A DNA stretch of 64,000 nucleotides from Candidatus Falkowbacteria bacterium RIFOXYA2_FULL_47_19. Its GTDB lineage: Bacteria > Patescibacteriota > Patescibacteriia > Patescibacteriales > UBA12075. Where the stretch lies: the NCBI GenBank assembly GCA_001780275.1, contig MFGB01000007.1, positions 2,280 to 66,279 of the forward strand, given 5' to 3'. The notes under the pieces were generated by a model. It saw only the letters and a list, made by a program, of their open reading frames with translations, was not told where the DNA came from and did not search any database. Below, in pieces: positions 1 through 8,920 of this stretch; within the stretch, counting starts at the first letter, position 1; each line of letters opens with the position of its first letter. The position numbers and the translations under genes are program-made.

Positions 1-751
1 AAGTTATTTTTATATCCTCCAGCGCGCGGGCGGTGTTGTCTTCATGGTCAATTTTCGCCCGGATCATGGAAACATGGTTTACGCCCGCCATCACTTTTTG
101 CATGGTCTTAAGCGGAATAAATACCTGATCGTCATAATCCTGCATGGCGACCGTGCCGCGCCCCGCCATAACTCCGATCACCTCGAACATATGGGTTTTG
201 ACCTTTATCCTTTGGCCGACCGCCTCGGATTCACCGAACAATTCTTCTTTGACCGTACTGCCCAGAACAACCACCTTGGTTAAACTGCGGTTTTCCTCTT
301 CCGTAAAAAACCTTCCGGATTCCAGCTCTCCGCCTTCTACGGCTATGTATCCGGAGGAGCAGCCGTTAAGATTCGTATCATAGCTGTTTGAGCTCCAATT
401 GAGCGTCCCTATGCCCTTATAATATGCGACTACATCCTCTATATTGGGAACGTTTTTTTTCTCCTTAAGCGCCAAGGCGTCATCATAGGTCAGGGTTGTG
501 ATCACTATGCCCATGACCGAAGCGGGCGGGCCGTCTTCTTCCGAATAACCGGGGATAATACCGATAAGATTGGTTCCCAGTGATTTTACCTGATTGAGTA
601 TCAGGCTTTGCGCGCCGGCCCCCACCGCCATGATCACGATCACGGCCCCGACGCCGATGATAATACCGAGCATAGTCAAAAAACTCCTGCCCTTGTTAGA
701 GAGGAGCGCGATTACGGCTGTTTTTACGACTTGGATGTATTGGCTAAACAT
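1..751 (-). CDS. ABC transporter permease, MacB/FtsX family (3' end runs off the window)
   Basis: Absent from the ORF track because it is open to position 1. Minus-strand translation from the ATG (complement of 749-751) gives MFSQYIQVVKTAVIALLSNKGRSFLTMLGIIIGVGAVIVIMAVGAGAQSLILNQVKSLGTNLIGIIPG..., an N-terminal TM helix followed by a MacB-type extracytoplasmic domain. Lies directly downstream of the ATPase gene. Confidence 0.8.
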   Translation of the reverse strand, partial: MFSQYIQVVKTAVIALLSNKGRSFLTMLGIIIGVGAVIVIMAVGAGAQSLILNQVKSLGTNLIGIIPGYSEEDGPPASVMGIVITTLTYDDALALKEKKNVPNIEDVVAYYKGIGTLNWSSNSYDTNLNGCSSGYIAVEGGELESGRFFTEEENRSLTKVVVLGSTVKEELFGESEAVGQRIKVKTHMFEVIGVMAGRGTVAMQDYDDQVFIPLKTMQKVMAGVNHVSMIRAKIDHEDNTARALEDIKIT

Positions 752-808
752 GGTTTGGGGATTGGGGAATTTTTAGTTAAAAAATGAGACGCCCGCTCCT
801 TTTAAAAA

Positions 809-1522
809 TTATTTTAAAATTTCTCCTTCATGTGCAAAACGTCTTTTTAAGATCTTATGGTCGCGGGTTAAGAGTCCGTCCCTGACCTCAATGATCCTTT
901 TGGCGTGCTCCGCGGTATAAGTTTCATGCGTTACCAGAATTATCGTATTGCCGGCATCGTTCAATTTCTGCAGGATTTCCATGATCTGGATGCCGGATTT
1001 CGAATCAAGATTGCCGGTCGGTTCATCGGCAAAGATGACCGAGGGGCGGTTGACCAAGGCCCGCGCAATCGCCACCCGCTGTTTTTCTCCACCCGAAATC
1101 TGGTTCGTATAATGATGCAGACGATGGGAAAGGCCGACGCTCGACAAAACCTCCTTTGCCCGTTTATCCATATCGACTTTAGCGGCCGCGTAAGTCAGAG
1201 GCAATTTGACGTTTTCCAAAACCGTGGTGCGCGGCAGCAGGTTAAAGGCCTGGAAAACGAAACCGATCTTCTCGTTCCGAAAACCGGCTAATTCATTATC
1301 ACTCAAAGTGCTTACCTCCCGGCCGGCTAACGTATAGCTCCCGGAAGAGGGACGGTCCAAAAGCCCTAAAATATGCATAAGTGTCGATTTTCCCGAACCG
1401 GACGGACCCATGATAGCCACGAATTCCCCTTCGCCAATAACAAAAGAAAGGCCGTGGAGCACTTTCGTCACGACCTCGCCGGTTTTAAATTCCTTTTTAA
1501 GATTATGGATATCAATAAGCAT
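809..1522 (-). CDS. ABC transporter ATP-binding protein (MacB/LolD-like)
   Basis: Walker [10 protein letters not shown], signature [15 protein letters not shown], Walker [14 protein letters not shown]-loop VTHE. Confidence 0.9.
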   Translation of the reverse strand: MLIDIHNLKKEFKTGEVVTKVLHGLSFVIGEGEFVAIMGPSGSGKSTLMHILGLLDRPSSGSYTLAGREVSTLSDNELAGFRNEKIGFVFQAFNLLPRTTVLENVKLPLTYAAAKVDMDKRAKEVLSSVGLSHRLHHYTNQISGGEKQRVAIARALVNRPSVIFADEPTGNLDSKSGIQIMEILQKLNDAGNTIILVTHETYTAEHAKRIIEVRDGLLTRDHKILKRRFAHEGEILK

Positions 1523-1577
1523 AACAGACGCCGTTCGATGCGGCTTTACGCGCTATAAATCTTTGCGCGAAAAACCG

Positions 1578-1838
1578 CTAAACGCTTTCCGCGAATCTTT
1601 TTTGATCGTCGCCCAATCTTTCCCAAGTGTCCTGGTTGGTGTCTTTCATGTCCCGAAGCTTGTCTTTAAGATGAGCGGTTAATAGATTCAGATTATCCTC
1701 GCTTTCATTAACGGCCTCAAAAACAGCCTCGTCTTCTTCCGGGAATGACATCTGCAAAAATAAAGACCAAAGATTCTTCTGGTTTAAATCCAGGCCCGAA
1801 AAGGCGATAAGGTTTCTTAATTTCTCTTTATAATTCAT
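1578..1838 (-). CDS. hypothetical small acidic protein
   Basis: ORF between the adaptor and ATPase genes on the same strand. ATG at 1838 preferred over the TTG at 1853. No recognisable motif. Confidence 0.4.
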   Translation of the reverse strand: MNYKEKLRNLIAFSGLDLNQKNLWSLFLQMSFPEEDEAVFEAVNESEDNLNLLTAHLKDKLRDMKDTNQDTWERLGDDQKRFAESV

Positions 1839-1871
1839 ATAATAAGTAGTCAAATTTAATTAAAAACAGGC

Positions 1872-2009
1872 TTATTTCGCTTCCTGTATCTTTTTCATGA
1901 ACTGATCTACGTCATCCGGAGTAATATCCCGGGAAAATACACTGTCTATAGCCTGCTTGCCGGCCTCTAATTTTGTTAGTTCTGGTTGCATGGGTTTTTC
2001 TCTAAACAT
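1872..2009 (-). CDS. hypothetical 45-aa protein
   Basis: Below the ORF-track cutoff. Own translation: MFREKPMQPELTKLEAGKQAIDSVFSRDITPDDVDQFMKKIQEAK. Fills the gap in the macAB-like operon; no RBS seen. Confidence 0.25.
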   Translation of the reverse strand: MFREKPMQPELTKLEAGKQAIDSVFSRDITPDDVDQFMKKIQEAK

Positions 2010-2037
2010 ACTTTTTTTGTTATTTTATTATTTGTAA

Positions 2038-3930
2038 TTAATTTTCTTCGATATAGGTAATCACTAATTCCCCTTCATTAACGCCTGACAAAATTTCTAC
2101 CAGGCCCTCGTCTCCTCTTAACCCGGTGGTAACCTTCTTCTCCTGCGCTTCATTTCCGACCAGGATACGGGCGAACTTACCGTCTCCGTTCTTGTCCACT
2201 ATCGACCGGCTCGGCATCAGAAGCGCGTTCTCTTTTTCGGCCGCGGTTATCACTACATTAGCGGTCATGCCGGATTTAATATCATCTTCTCCGGCATCGA
2301 AACCGATATCGATCTTATAGTAAATAACGTCCTGGATTACGGTTTCCGCCGGTTCAATAAATTCGATCTGGCCGAAAAACTTTCGATCTTCGCCGTAAGC
2401 GTCCAGGGTGATCTCCGCTTTATTGCCTGTTTTTATCTTAGATATATCCGCTTCCGAAATCAAGACTTCAATGTCAAACTTATCTTCTCCTAAAAGATAT
2501 ATTACCGGGGAGCCGGACATCGCCTGCTCCCCTACCTCGTAATCTATTTTAGTGACCAACCCGTCTATAGGAGAAATTATCTTGCTGTTATCTATTTGTT
2601 TGTTCGTGTCGTCCAGCGCGGCCTGAGCCTGCCTCAACCTGGCTTCAGTTAGAGAGATATCGTATTTATTGGCCGGCGCCGTTATCTTCTTAAGTTGCGC
2701 CTCAGCTACCGCCAGGGCTTCCCGTCCGGCATTGACCTTGGATTCAGCCAGGGTTATCTGCTGATTACCTGAGTATTTCGCCGAAGACAAGGTGTTTTTA
2801 GCATTTCGGACCGCGTTATCGTACGCGGCCTCGGCAACGGAAAGGCTTTCTTCCGAAGCGGAAACGTTTGTATCATAACTCAGGATGGCGCTATCAAGGT
2901 TTTGCTTGGCTGTTTGCAGGGCCGTAATAGCGGCCGCTGCCAAGGTTTGTTGCGAACTTATGCCGGATTTAAGGGCATCTAAATCGGCTTGGCTAAAAAC
3001 AGAAGAAGTGATACTCGCTTCCAGGGCGCTGAAGCATAACTGAAGCGCGGAAAACGTTTTATTGAGCGCGGTTAGACCCGCTTCTGCGGCAGCAACAACG
3101 GTATTGTCGTTATTATCGGCTTTGGCAGCGGCTAAACTGATTTTAGCGGCCGTCAGGAGATCTTTTGCCTCGCCATAAGCAATATTCGTATTTGTCAGAT
3201 AAACAGTGTTTTTGACGCTGATCATATCCTCCGCGTCTTCGTCTTTTACGGTACGATCGATCGTATCGAGAGCGGTGTTATTTACGGCCAGCTTATCCTC
3301 GATAGTTGCCAGAGCCGCAGCTTTATAGTTATCTATAGACCTTTGGTAAGTCGCCTTAGCGTTGTTCAGGCTAGTTTGGGCACTTATCACGGATTGTTCA
3401 TAGGTGGTTATGCTGCCAGGATCATTATTTAAAAGATCATCCAGGTTTTTTTGGGCCTGCAGTGTATTTTCTGTAACCATATCCCTGGTTCTCTCAAGTT
3501 CATTTTGGGCCGCTTCATAAGAAGTCTTAGCCTGATCTACGCCGGCCCTGGCCACGGCTATTTCTTCAGGGGTCGCACCCGCCAAAAGCTTGTTTAAATT
3601 CTCTCTGGCAACATCTAGATTGGCCTGCGCTTCCCGCGCCCGGGTAAGGAGGCCGCTGTAATCCAGCTCCGCCAGAATATCCTGTTTTTTAACCGAATTG
3701 CCGATCCTGAAATTTATTTTATCGATCTTTCCAGTATTTAGAAATCCTAATTTTGTCTCATTGGCCGACTTTACCGTGCCGGTTTCGCTTACCGTCTGAA
3801 CGATCTTTCCGCGCGTTACGGCTTGAGTCGTATAGATCGCCGCCGGTTTTTTTGCCAAAGCAAAATAAACAAAACCGCCTCCGGCCGCGGCCAATATAAC
3901 TAATATTATTATCGCTTTTTTTACGGACAT
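2038..3930 (-). CDS. HlyD/MacA-family efflux adaptor with very long coiled coil
   Basis: N-terminal TM (AIIILVILAAAGGGFVYFAL), a roughly 350-aa Ala/Gln/Asn-rich coiled-coil region, and a C-terminal beta-barrel part (GMTANVVITAAEKENALLMPSRSI). Operon context with the MacB-type ATPase and permease. Confidence 0.8.
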   Translation of the reverse strand: MSVKKAIIILVILAAAGGGFVYFALAKKPAAIYTTQAVTRGKIVQTVSETGTVKSANETKLGFLNTGKIDKINFRIGNSVKKQDILAELDYSGLLTRAREAQANLDVARENLNKLLAGATPEEIAVARAGVDQAKTSYEAAQNELERTRDMVTENTLQAQKNLDDLLNNDPGSITTYEQSVISAQTSLNNAKATYQRSIDNYKAAALATIEDKLAVNNTALDTIDRTVKDEDAEDMISVKNTVYLTNTNIAYGEAKDLLTAAKISLAAAKADNNDNTVVAAAEAGLTALNKTFSALQLCFSALEASITSSVFSQADLDALKSGISSQQTLAAAAITALQTAKQNLDSAILSYDTNVSASEESLSVAEAAYDNAVRNAKNTLSSAKYSGNQQITLAESKVNAGREALAVAEAQLKKITAPANKYDISLTEARLRQAQAALDDTNKQIDNSKIISPIDGLVTKIDYEVGEQAMSGSPVIYLLGEDKFDIEVLISEADISKIKTGNKAEITLDAYGEDRKFFGQIEFIEPAETVIQDVIYYKIDIGFDAGEDDIKSGMTANVVITAAEKENALLMPSRSIVDKNGDGKFARILVGNEAQEKKVTTGLRGDEGLVEILSGVNEGELVITYIEEN

Positions 3931-3941
3931 ATTTTTCGATT

Positions 3942-4346
3942 TTACCCGAGCTTCTTTATGTTCTTTTTTCGGTTTTTGATTATTCTTATGACTTTTTCTA
4001 TGAATTGGTCAAGGCTAAAATCGTTCTTTACGAAATAATACAGATCGCCCCAATTGTGGCACTGGCTTTTTATGTCATTCTCGCTGATATCGGAAAAAAT
4101 AAACACCGGTATGTTATAAGTCGCCTCGTTTGATTTTATGTCATGAAGTATCATCGAGGCGTCAGTAAGTGGTAGGACAAAATCGAGGATAATATAATCC
4201 GGTCGAAATGATATTATGGATCGCATTATCTTCCACGCTTCCTCGACGCCGCTATTTACCGATACTGACATGCCCAAGGAGCTGAATTTAGCCTCCAGTC
4301 CACTCAATACGTTAATATCGTCTTCAATGATAAAAACTTTATCCAT
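3942..4346 (-). CDS. single-domain response regulator (CheY-like receiver)
   Basis: VFIIEDD acidic pocket, phospho-acceptor context YIILDFVLP, 134 aa with no output domain. Confidence 0.8.
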   Translation of the reverse strand: MDKVFIIEDDINVLSGLEAKFSSLGMSVSVNSGVEEAWKIMRSIISFRPDYIILDFVLPLTDASMILHDIKSNEATYNIPVFIFSDISENDIKSQCHNWGDLYYFVKNDFSLDQFIEKVIRIIKNRKKNIKKLG

Positions 4347-4410
4347 AAAGATATTATACCAAAAAAGCCTTTTTTTAACAACCGTCGTAAACGCTGTTTT
4401 TTACGCAGTA

Positions 4411-4436
4411 AAAATGGCCGTCTAGCGGCCATTTTT
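4411..4436. terminator. bidirectional intrinsic terminator
   Basis: AAAATGGCCG-TCTA-GCGGCCATTTTT: 7-bp GC stem flanked by an A-run and a T-run. Lies downstream of the 4473..4868 gene. Confidence 0.7.
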
Positions 4437-4472
4437 ATAAAAATAGTGAATTTATTACTAGCAAAAATACCA

Positions 4473-4868
4473 TTATCCGGTCGCGCCGGTCGCGTTATAG
4501 AGCGCGTTTATTACAAATTGTGATACAGCGAAAGACGCTAAAATGATCACTAAGCCGATAACGCCGGCCGAAATTATCTTTTTTGCGGTATCCACATCCC
4601 CTTCGTCGCCGGCGGCAGTCATCCATTTAAAGCCTCCGTAGAGGATCAACAAAACCGCGATTATACCTAAAAATCCCAGCAGCACTTTTAAAACCGAACC
4701 GGCCATGGTCCGGGGGTCGGTATTACCGAGTCCGGTTGCGACCTGAACGTTTTGTTCGTGCCCACCCCAAAGCATGCTGTTTGAATCCGCTTTCGCAACT
4801 GGCGCCAAGCCGAACATCGGCATGACGATAAAAATAAAAATACTAAAAATCGCAAATATTTTGATCAT
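4473..4868 (-). CDS. small secreted two-TM protein, type IV secretion pilin-like (TrbC/VirB2-like fold suspected)
   Basis: Signal peptide ending VAKA-DS, then two hydrophobic helices separated by the charged loop GGFKWMTAAGDEGDVDTAKK. This resembles the T4SS_pilin family common in CPR genomes. Assignment from memory, not searched. Confidence 0.5.
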   Translation of the reverse strand: MIKIFAIFSIFIFIVMPMFGLAPVAKADSNSMLWGGHEQNVQVATGLGNTDPRTMAGSVLKVLLGFLGIIAVLLILYGGFKWMTAAGDEGDVDTAKKIISAGVIGLVIILASFAVSQFVINALYNATGATG

Positions 4869-4956
4869 GTGTTTTAAATTATTTTAATACTGATTTAATT
4901 ATAGCAAAAAACAGGAAAATATGCAATATATTAATCCTGATCATAAATAATCGGAT

Positions 4957-5568
4957 TTAAGCGAATTTCCTGATTACCCCCCTAACCACTCCCTGGATTA
5001 ACGGATCTTTAACGTAAATCGGTTTCATGGCGGAATTCGCCGGTTGAAGCCTGATCCGGCTGGTTTCCCGATAAAATTTCTTAAGCGTAGCGTACGCGTT
5101 ATTTAAAAGGGCCACGACCACGTCGCCGTTTGCCGGCGAAGGATTGCGTTCCACGATAACGTAATCACCGTCCAATATTCCCTCCTCGATCATCGATTGT
5201 CCCTTGACCCTTAAGACGTAACTATTGGCTTCGTCCCTTACGAAATCGGCCGGCACGCCGATCGTTTCCCTCTCCTCCAGGGCTTCGATCGGTTCACCGG
5301 CGGTAATAAGACCGGCCAGCGGTAATTCCAGGGCCCGGGTCCAGCTAAGATCGACCGGTACGATCTCGATCGAACGGGGTTCATTATAACCGGATCTCAA
5401 CATGCCCCGCTTCTTCAGATTCTCGATATGAACATGTACCGTGGCCGGACTATTAAGATCGAACCGCTCGCCGATTTCCCGCAAACTGGGCGCGAAACCG
5501 TTTTCGGCGGTAAATTCAGTTATGAAATCCATGATCTGCCTCTGTCTTTTAGTTAAATTTTTTCCCAT
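4957..5568 (-). CDS. lexA: LexA repressor
   Basis: N-terminal winged HTH (APSLREIGERFDLNSPATVHVHIENLKKRG), catalytic Ser in VKGQSM and Lys in ATLKKF, S24 peptidase C-terminal domain. Confidence 0.92.
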   Translation of the reverse strand: MGKNLTKRQRQIMDFITEFTAENGFAPSLREIGERFDLNSPATVHVHIENLKKRGMLRSGYNEPRSIEIVPVDLSWTRALELPLAGLITAGEPIEALEERETIGVPADFVRDEANSYVLRVKGQSMIEEGILDGDYVIVERNPSPANGDVVVALLNNAYATLKKFYRETSRIRLQPANSAMKPIYVKDPLIQGVVRGVIRKFA

Positions 5569-5603
5569 ATTTTTGTTTTTATATTAAAAAAATTGTTTAT
5601 AGA

Positions 5604-5631
5604 CCATCCCGTCCGAAGACCGACGGGATGG
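5604..5631. promoter_or_regulatory. GC-rich hairpin in the lexA leader
   Basis: CCATCCCGTC-cgaagacc-GACGGGATGG: perfect 10-bp stem between the predicted lexA promoter and the start codon. The T-run (AAGTTTTT) is on the plus side only. Confidence 0.5.
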
Positions 5632-5699
5632 AAGTTTTTATAGATAAGTCGTCTAAATTCTATCCGCATAACTTATCCACAAGCATGCCCAATGATTTT

Positions 5700-5728
5700 A
5701 TTATACACGAACAAAAAACGAAAGTCAA
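5700..5728 (-). promoter_or_regulatory. sigma70-type promoter upstream of lexA
   Basis: Minus strand reads TTGACT, then a 17-nt spacer, then TATAAT. The spacer TTCGTTTTTTGTTCGTG contains the direct repeat TTCG-N7-TTCG. Confidence 0.6.
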
Positions 5729-5730
5729 CA

Positions 5731-5760
5731 AAATTAAAAATCCCCTGTTTTTACGGGGGA
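5731..5760 (-). terminator. intrinsic terminator of the 5772..6170 gene
   Basis: Minus strand reads TCCCCCG-taaaaa-CAGGGGA followed by TTTTTAATTTT. Confidence 0.6.
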
Positions 5761-5771
5761 ATTTTGTTTAT

Positions 5772-6170
5772 TTATTCTTTTAAAAAATCTTCCAGCTGTT
5801 GCTTTTTGTTTTTCTCCGCTTGCCTTTGGGTTTGCGTGGCTGCAGCTACTACATGCAATTTTAATTCGGTTAATATTCTTTGGTGAAACTTATATAGCTC
5901 ATGATCTTTCTGATCAACAAGGCCATCTATTTGCATTCCGTAATAATTATTGACACTGTATTCAAATAATACTTCCCGCCCCACATTTAAAACCCTGAGA
6001 ATTATCGGCCAGCACATAGCTTTATAATCTATAAAAATTTCTATAATGATCATGCCTTCCTGCGCGGAGATCAGGGTGGTGTTGCCGGACCATTGCCACA
6101 TATCAAGCGGATATTTTTTTATTTTTTCAAGGATCTGCCGCAATTTTTCTTTATCGCCATGCTCTAGCAT
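5772..6170 (-). CDS. hypothetical protein
   Basis: 132-aa ORF, last gene of a three-gene same-strand cluster. No motif recognised. Confidence 0.5.
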   Translation of the reverse strand: MLEHGDKEKLRQILEKIKKYPLDMWQWSGNTTLISAQEGMIIIEIFIDYKAMCWPIILRVLNVGREVLFEYSVNNYYGMQIDGLVDQKDHELYKFHQRILTELKLHVVAAATQTQRQAEKNKKQQLEDFLKE

Positions 6171-6194
6171 AAATCGCCCTTTCTTTGTGTTCTT

Positions 6195-6437
6195 TTACTC
6201 CACCTGTCCCAGACCCTGTTTACAGATGTCGGCAAATTCACGAAACATCATTTCCATTTTTTCATCCACCAGAATACATCCCTGACCCAGAGGATGATCC
6301 GGATTCACGTTCTTCATTGCTTCCCGAATTTGATTAGTTAGCTCCTGAAGTCTTGGGGTCTTGCTCTCAAATTCTTCATAATCCGGATGCTGCAAATAAG
6401 GCAATATTAAATCTACCGCTTGTCTAAAAAACATCAT
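6195..6437 (-). CDS. hypothetical protein
   Basis: 80-aa ORF. Its start overlaps the stop of the upstream gene by 1 nt (6437), suggesting translational coupling. Confidence 0.5.
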   Translation of the reverse strand: MMFFRQAVDLILPYLQHPDYEEFESKTPRLQELTNQIREAMKNVNPDHPLGQGCILVDEKMEMMFREFADICKQGLGQVE

Positions 6438-6889
6438 TATTTCGCCCTCCCCGAAAGTCGTTGAATTGTGTTAACCGATAAAATGCCGGTAATGGCTAAT
6501 TGTACCATAGGTGAAAGACCCACCGGAAACGGCAGTCCCAGATCTTTTAATGTGGGCATGGAATTTTTATAATGCCAGGCGCCCTCTAAAATCCGATGCC
6601 ACTCCAGTCCGAAAGAAAACACCAGCAAGCCGCCGAAAATAAAAGCATATCCGCGCCGATCAAATTTAAAACCGGCAATAAAAAAAACCAGGCCGGAAAT
6701 TATGACAACCCAAACCATATCAAAAACAGTAGACTGTAAAATCCTTAAAATATAAAACTCCGCACCAGGCTTAAGCGGCGACTGATTCCAATCATACAAA
6801 GGACTATGCGCGACCTCCCAGCCCAGATTAAGAAAAAAAGACAAAAGCGCCAGCGCACCGAAAAAAAATATGATCTGTTTTCGCTTCAT
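6437..6889 (-). CDS. hypothetical integral membrane protein (about 4 TM)
   Basis: Four hydrophobic segments (FFFGALALLSFFL, VWVVIISGLVFFIAGF, FIFGGLLVFSFGL, MVQLAITGILSV). Confidence 0.6.
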   Translation of the reverse strand: MKRKQIIFFFGALALLSFFLNLGWEVAHSPLYDWNQSPLKPGAEFYILRILQSTVFDMVWVVIISGLVFFIAGFKFDRRGYAFIFGGLLVFSFGLEWHRILEGAWHYKNSMPTLKDLGLPFPVGLSPMVQLAITGILSVNTIQRLSGRAK

Positions 6890-7013
6890 AAATATTTTCC
6901 AGTATTTTAAAGTTCAATAATTAATATTAATTTAAATTAACAGCTAAAACTAAAATTGTCAACAAAAAACGCCGTTTAGGCGTTTTCTGGTTTTAATCTT
7001 AATCTGTGGTTGA

Positions 7014-7172
7014 TTATTGGGCCTTGGGCATGATCCGAAACATGGTGGTGCCGCAAACCGGGCATTTCCCTTTCATCGCTTTCCTTGCCTGTCCGCCTTT
7101 GCCCTTCATTTCTACTTCCTGTCCATCAACCATTTCCTGTTTGGCTTTACATTTTACGCAATATGCTTCCAT
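7014..7172 (-). CDS. 52-aa zinc-ribbon protein (DUF5679-like)
   Basis: Below the ORF-track cutoff. Own translation: MEAYCVKCKAKQEMVDGQEVEMKGKGGQARKAMKGKCPVCGTTMFRIMPKAQ, with CxxC...CxxC. The plus-strand ORFs listed here are antisense artefacts. Confidence 0.55.
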   Translation of the reverse strand: MEAYCVKCKAKQEMVDGQEVEMKGKGGQARKAMKGKCPVCGTTMFRIMPKAQ

Positions 7173-7340
7173 AAATTTATTTTTTCGCTAAAAATAAGAA
7201 AAACTTATTTTAACGAAATATATTTTTAATTATTTTATTTAATATCAGCTATTTTTAAAGATATGTGGACATTGGTTATTCGGATACAAGTTTATTTTAT
7301 CATATTTTTACATATAAAGCCAGTCAAACCTGCCCGATCC

Positions 7341-8186
7341 TCAAAAATCCTTTTTAGCCGGTAATAAACTTGCCAGTCGCTCGGTCAAACCGATTAAAAT
7401 CTTTCGCCAACCTGAATTATCGCTTTTTTCGCTCTGTCGCCCCGTCGGAGCGGATTCTTCGGATATTCCGGCCACCCGGCCGCGCAAATCCTCTTCCGTG
7501 ACCCTTATCGTGCGGGGGCCGGTACCGGCTGCCTGGGGTTGGTTTTTTATTATATAGGCGGCTAAAATTCCCTTGGTAATAGCGGGACGACTGACTTTTG
7601 CTTCCGTATAAAATTCCCGGGAATCCGGACTGGTTTTTTTAGCTATAAAAATAACCGGATAAACGATCAGTTTATCTAATTTATCCGTTGTGTTTCGCGC
7701 CAATTCCGGCGCAAAACCGGCCGATACGAAAGAAAAGAAAAGAGCGATAAACCCGAAAATCAAGAGCCTAGACAAACGGTGCTCGCTTCTTCTGATTTCA
7801 ATTTTTTGATTTACGCCTCGGGCATTCTTACGAGACGCCGGCCTTCGAGCGTTCTCCTCTGGATTCTTCTGTCCGGAATCGCTTAATAGCCGCTCAAAAC
7901 CTACGGCTCTTCGCGACCATTCATTGACCAGACGCCCCTCGATGTCCGTGTCGGGCAGTTTTTTATCCAGAACCAATTTTAATTTATCATTTTTTACCGG
8001 TAAGGTGGCCGCTAAATACGCCCTTATTTTTTTATCATGATCCGGATCCGTCGGCGAGGGCATCGCATCTTTTTCCCGGCTGATAATCCGTCTCCGATTT
8101 ACCGCGCTTTGTCCGTGTTCATTAAAAATCTGATTTAAAAAATCAATAAATTCGGTCTTCTTATTTTTTTTATCGACCTTAAGCAT
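7341..8186 (-). CDS. hypothetical protein with central TM helix
   Basis: 281-aa ORF with a basic N-terminal half and the TM segment LLIFGFIALFFSFVSAGF. Confidence 0.5.
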   Translation of the reverse strand: MLKVDKKNKKTEFIDFLNQIFNEHGQSAVNRRRIISREKDAMPSPTDPDHDKKIRAYLAATLPVKNDKLKLVLDKKLPDTDIEGRLVNEWSRRAVGFERLLSDSGQKNPEENARRPASRKNARGVNQKIEIRRSEHRLSRLLIFGFIALFFSFVSAGFAPELARNTTDKLDKLIVYPVIFIAKKTSPDSREFYTEAKVSRPAITKGILAAYIIKNQPQAAGTGPRTIRVTEEDLRGRVAGISEESAPTGRQSEKSDNSGWRKILIGLTERLASLLPAKKDF

Positions 8187-8460
8187 GGGGCAAAATCCTT
8201 ATTATAAACTAAATAAATCCAGTTTTCCACCAGATTTAAATTAATATAAATTATAACATAAAAAACAAAAAATGGCTAAAAAAATAGCCAAAAATCGATT
8301 AAGCAGTCGGGCTTATCGTCGGGAAGTTTATTCCGGGGACGGTTTTCCCCTTTACTTGCTTTATTTTTTTATTTATGTTAGTATTATTTTTAGATTTAAT
8401 GCAATAAAATTTTAACAAATATTCACGCACCGCATTAAATTTACAACTCACATTAATTAT

Positions 8461-8811
8461 ATGAAGAAGGACATCCATCCGAAATATTACGCCAAAGCGA
8501 AAATAATCTGCGCTTGCGGTAATATACTCGTTGCCGGTTCTACCCGGGAAGAGACCAAAACCGAACTTTGTTCCGCCTGCCATCCGTTTTATACGGGCAA
8601 GCAAAAACTCGTAGATACGGCCCGCCGCGTCGAAAAATACAAAGCTAAGGTAACCGGTGTCACTAAGGAAGTAATAAGCAAAAAGGCTAAACGTCAAGCC
8701 AGAGACGAAGTCAGGGCAAAAAAAGAAATTAAGGTCAAGCCCGAGGAAAAGAAAGTGATATCCAAGAAAAAGACAAGAACCGCAAAAAAAACCGCTGCCG
8801 GCAAAAAATAG
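8461..8811 (+). CDS. rpmE: 50S ribosomal protein L31 with Lys-rich C-terminal extension
   Basis: [14 protein letters not shown]...[13 protein letters not shown] is the L31 signature with Zn-type cysteines. About 45 extra Lys/Glu-rich residues at the C-terminus. Confidence 0.9.
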   Translation: MKKDIHPKYYAKAKIICACGNILVAGSTREETKTELCSACHPFYTGKQKLVDTARRVEKYKAKVTGVTKEVISKKAKRQARDEVRAKKEIKVKPEEKKVISKKKTRTAKKTAAGKK

Positions 8812-8820
8812 TTACTCTAT

Positions 8821-8880
8821 ACGGCTATTCTTTTTTGCGTGCTATAATAATAGCATGCGAAGATGAATAGCCGTTTTTAT
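8821..8880 (+). terminator. long compound hairpin terminator after rpmE
   Basis: ACGGCTATTC...GAATAGCCGT (10 bp) encloses a second stem GCGTGCTAT/ATAGCATGC and is followed by TTTTT. Confidence 0.7.
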
Positions 8881-8920
8881 ATTATTAGACATTAGGCGCT
8901 AAAGCCTAAAGCCAAAAAAT

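Noticed and set aside
5639-5681. Replication origin, suggested by the perfect DnaA box TTATCCACA plus two degenerate boxes.
   Set aside because: About half a perfect 9-mer is expected by chance in 64 kb on both strands. There is no dnaA/dnaN neighbour, no AT-rich unwinding element pattern and no box cluster elsewhere. It is kept only as a note within the lexA-leader finding.
8299-8697. Minus-strand 132-aa ORF opposite rpmE.
   Set aside because: It overlaps the L31 gene, which has an unmistakable signature, and has no RBS or motif.
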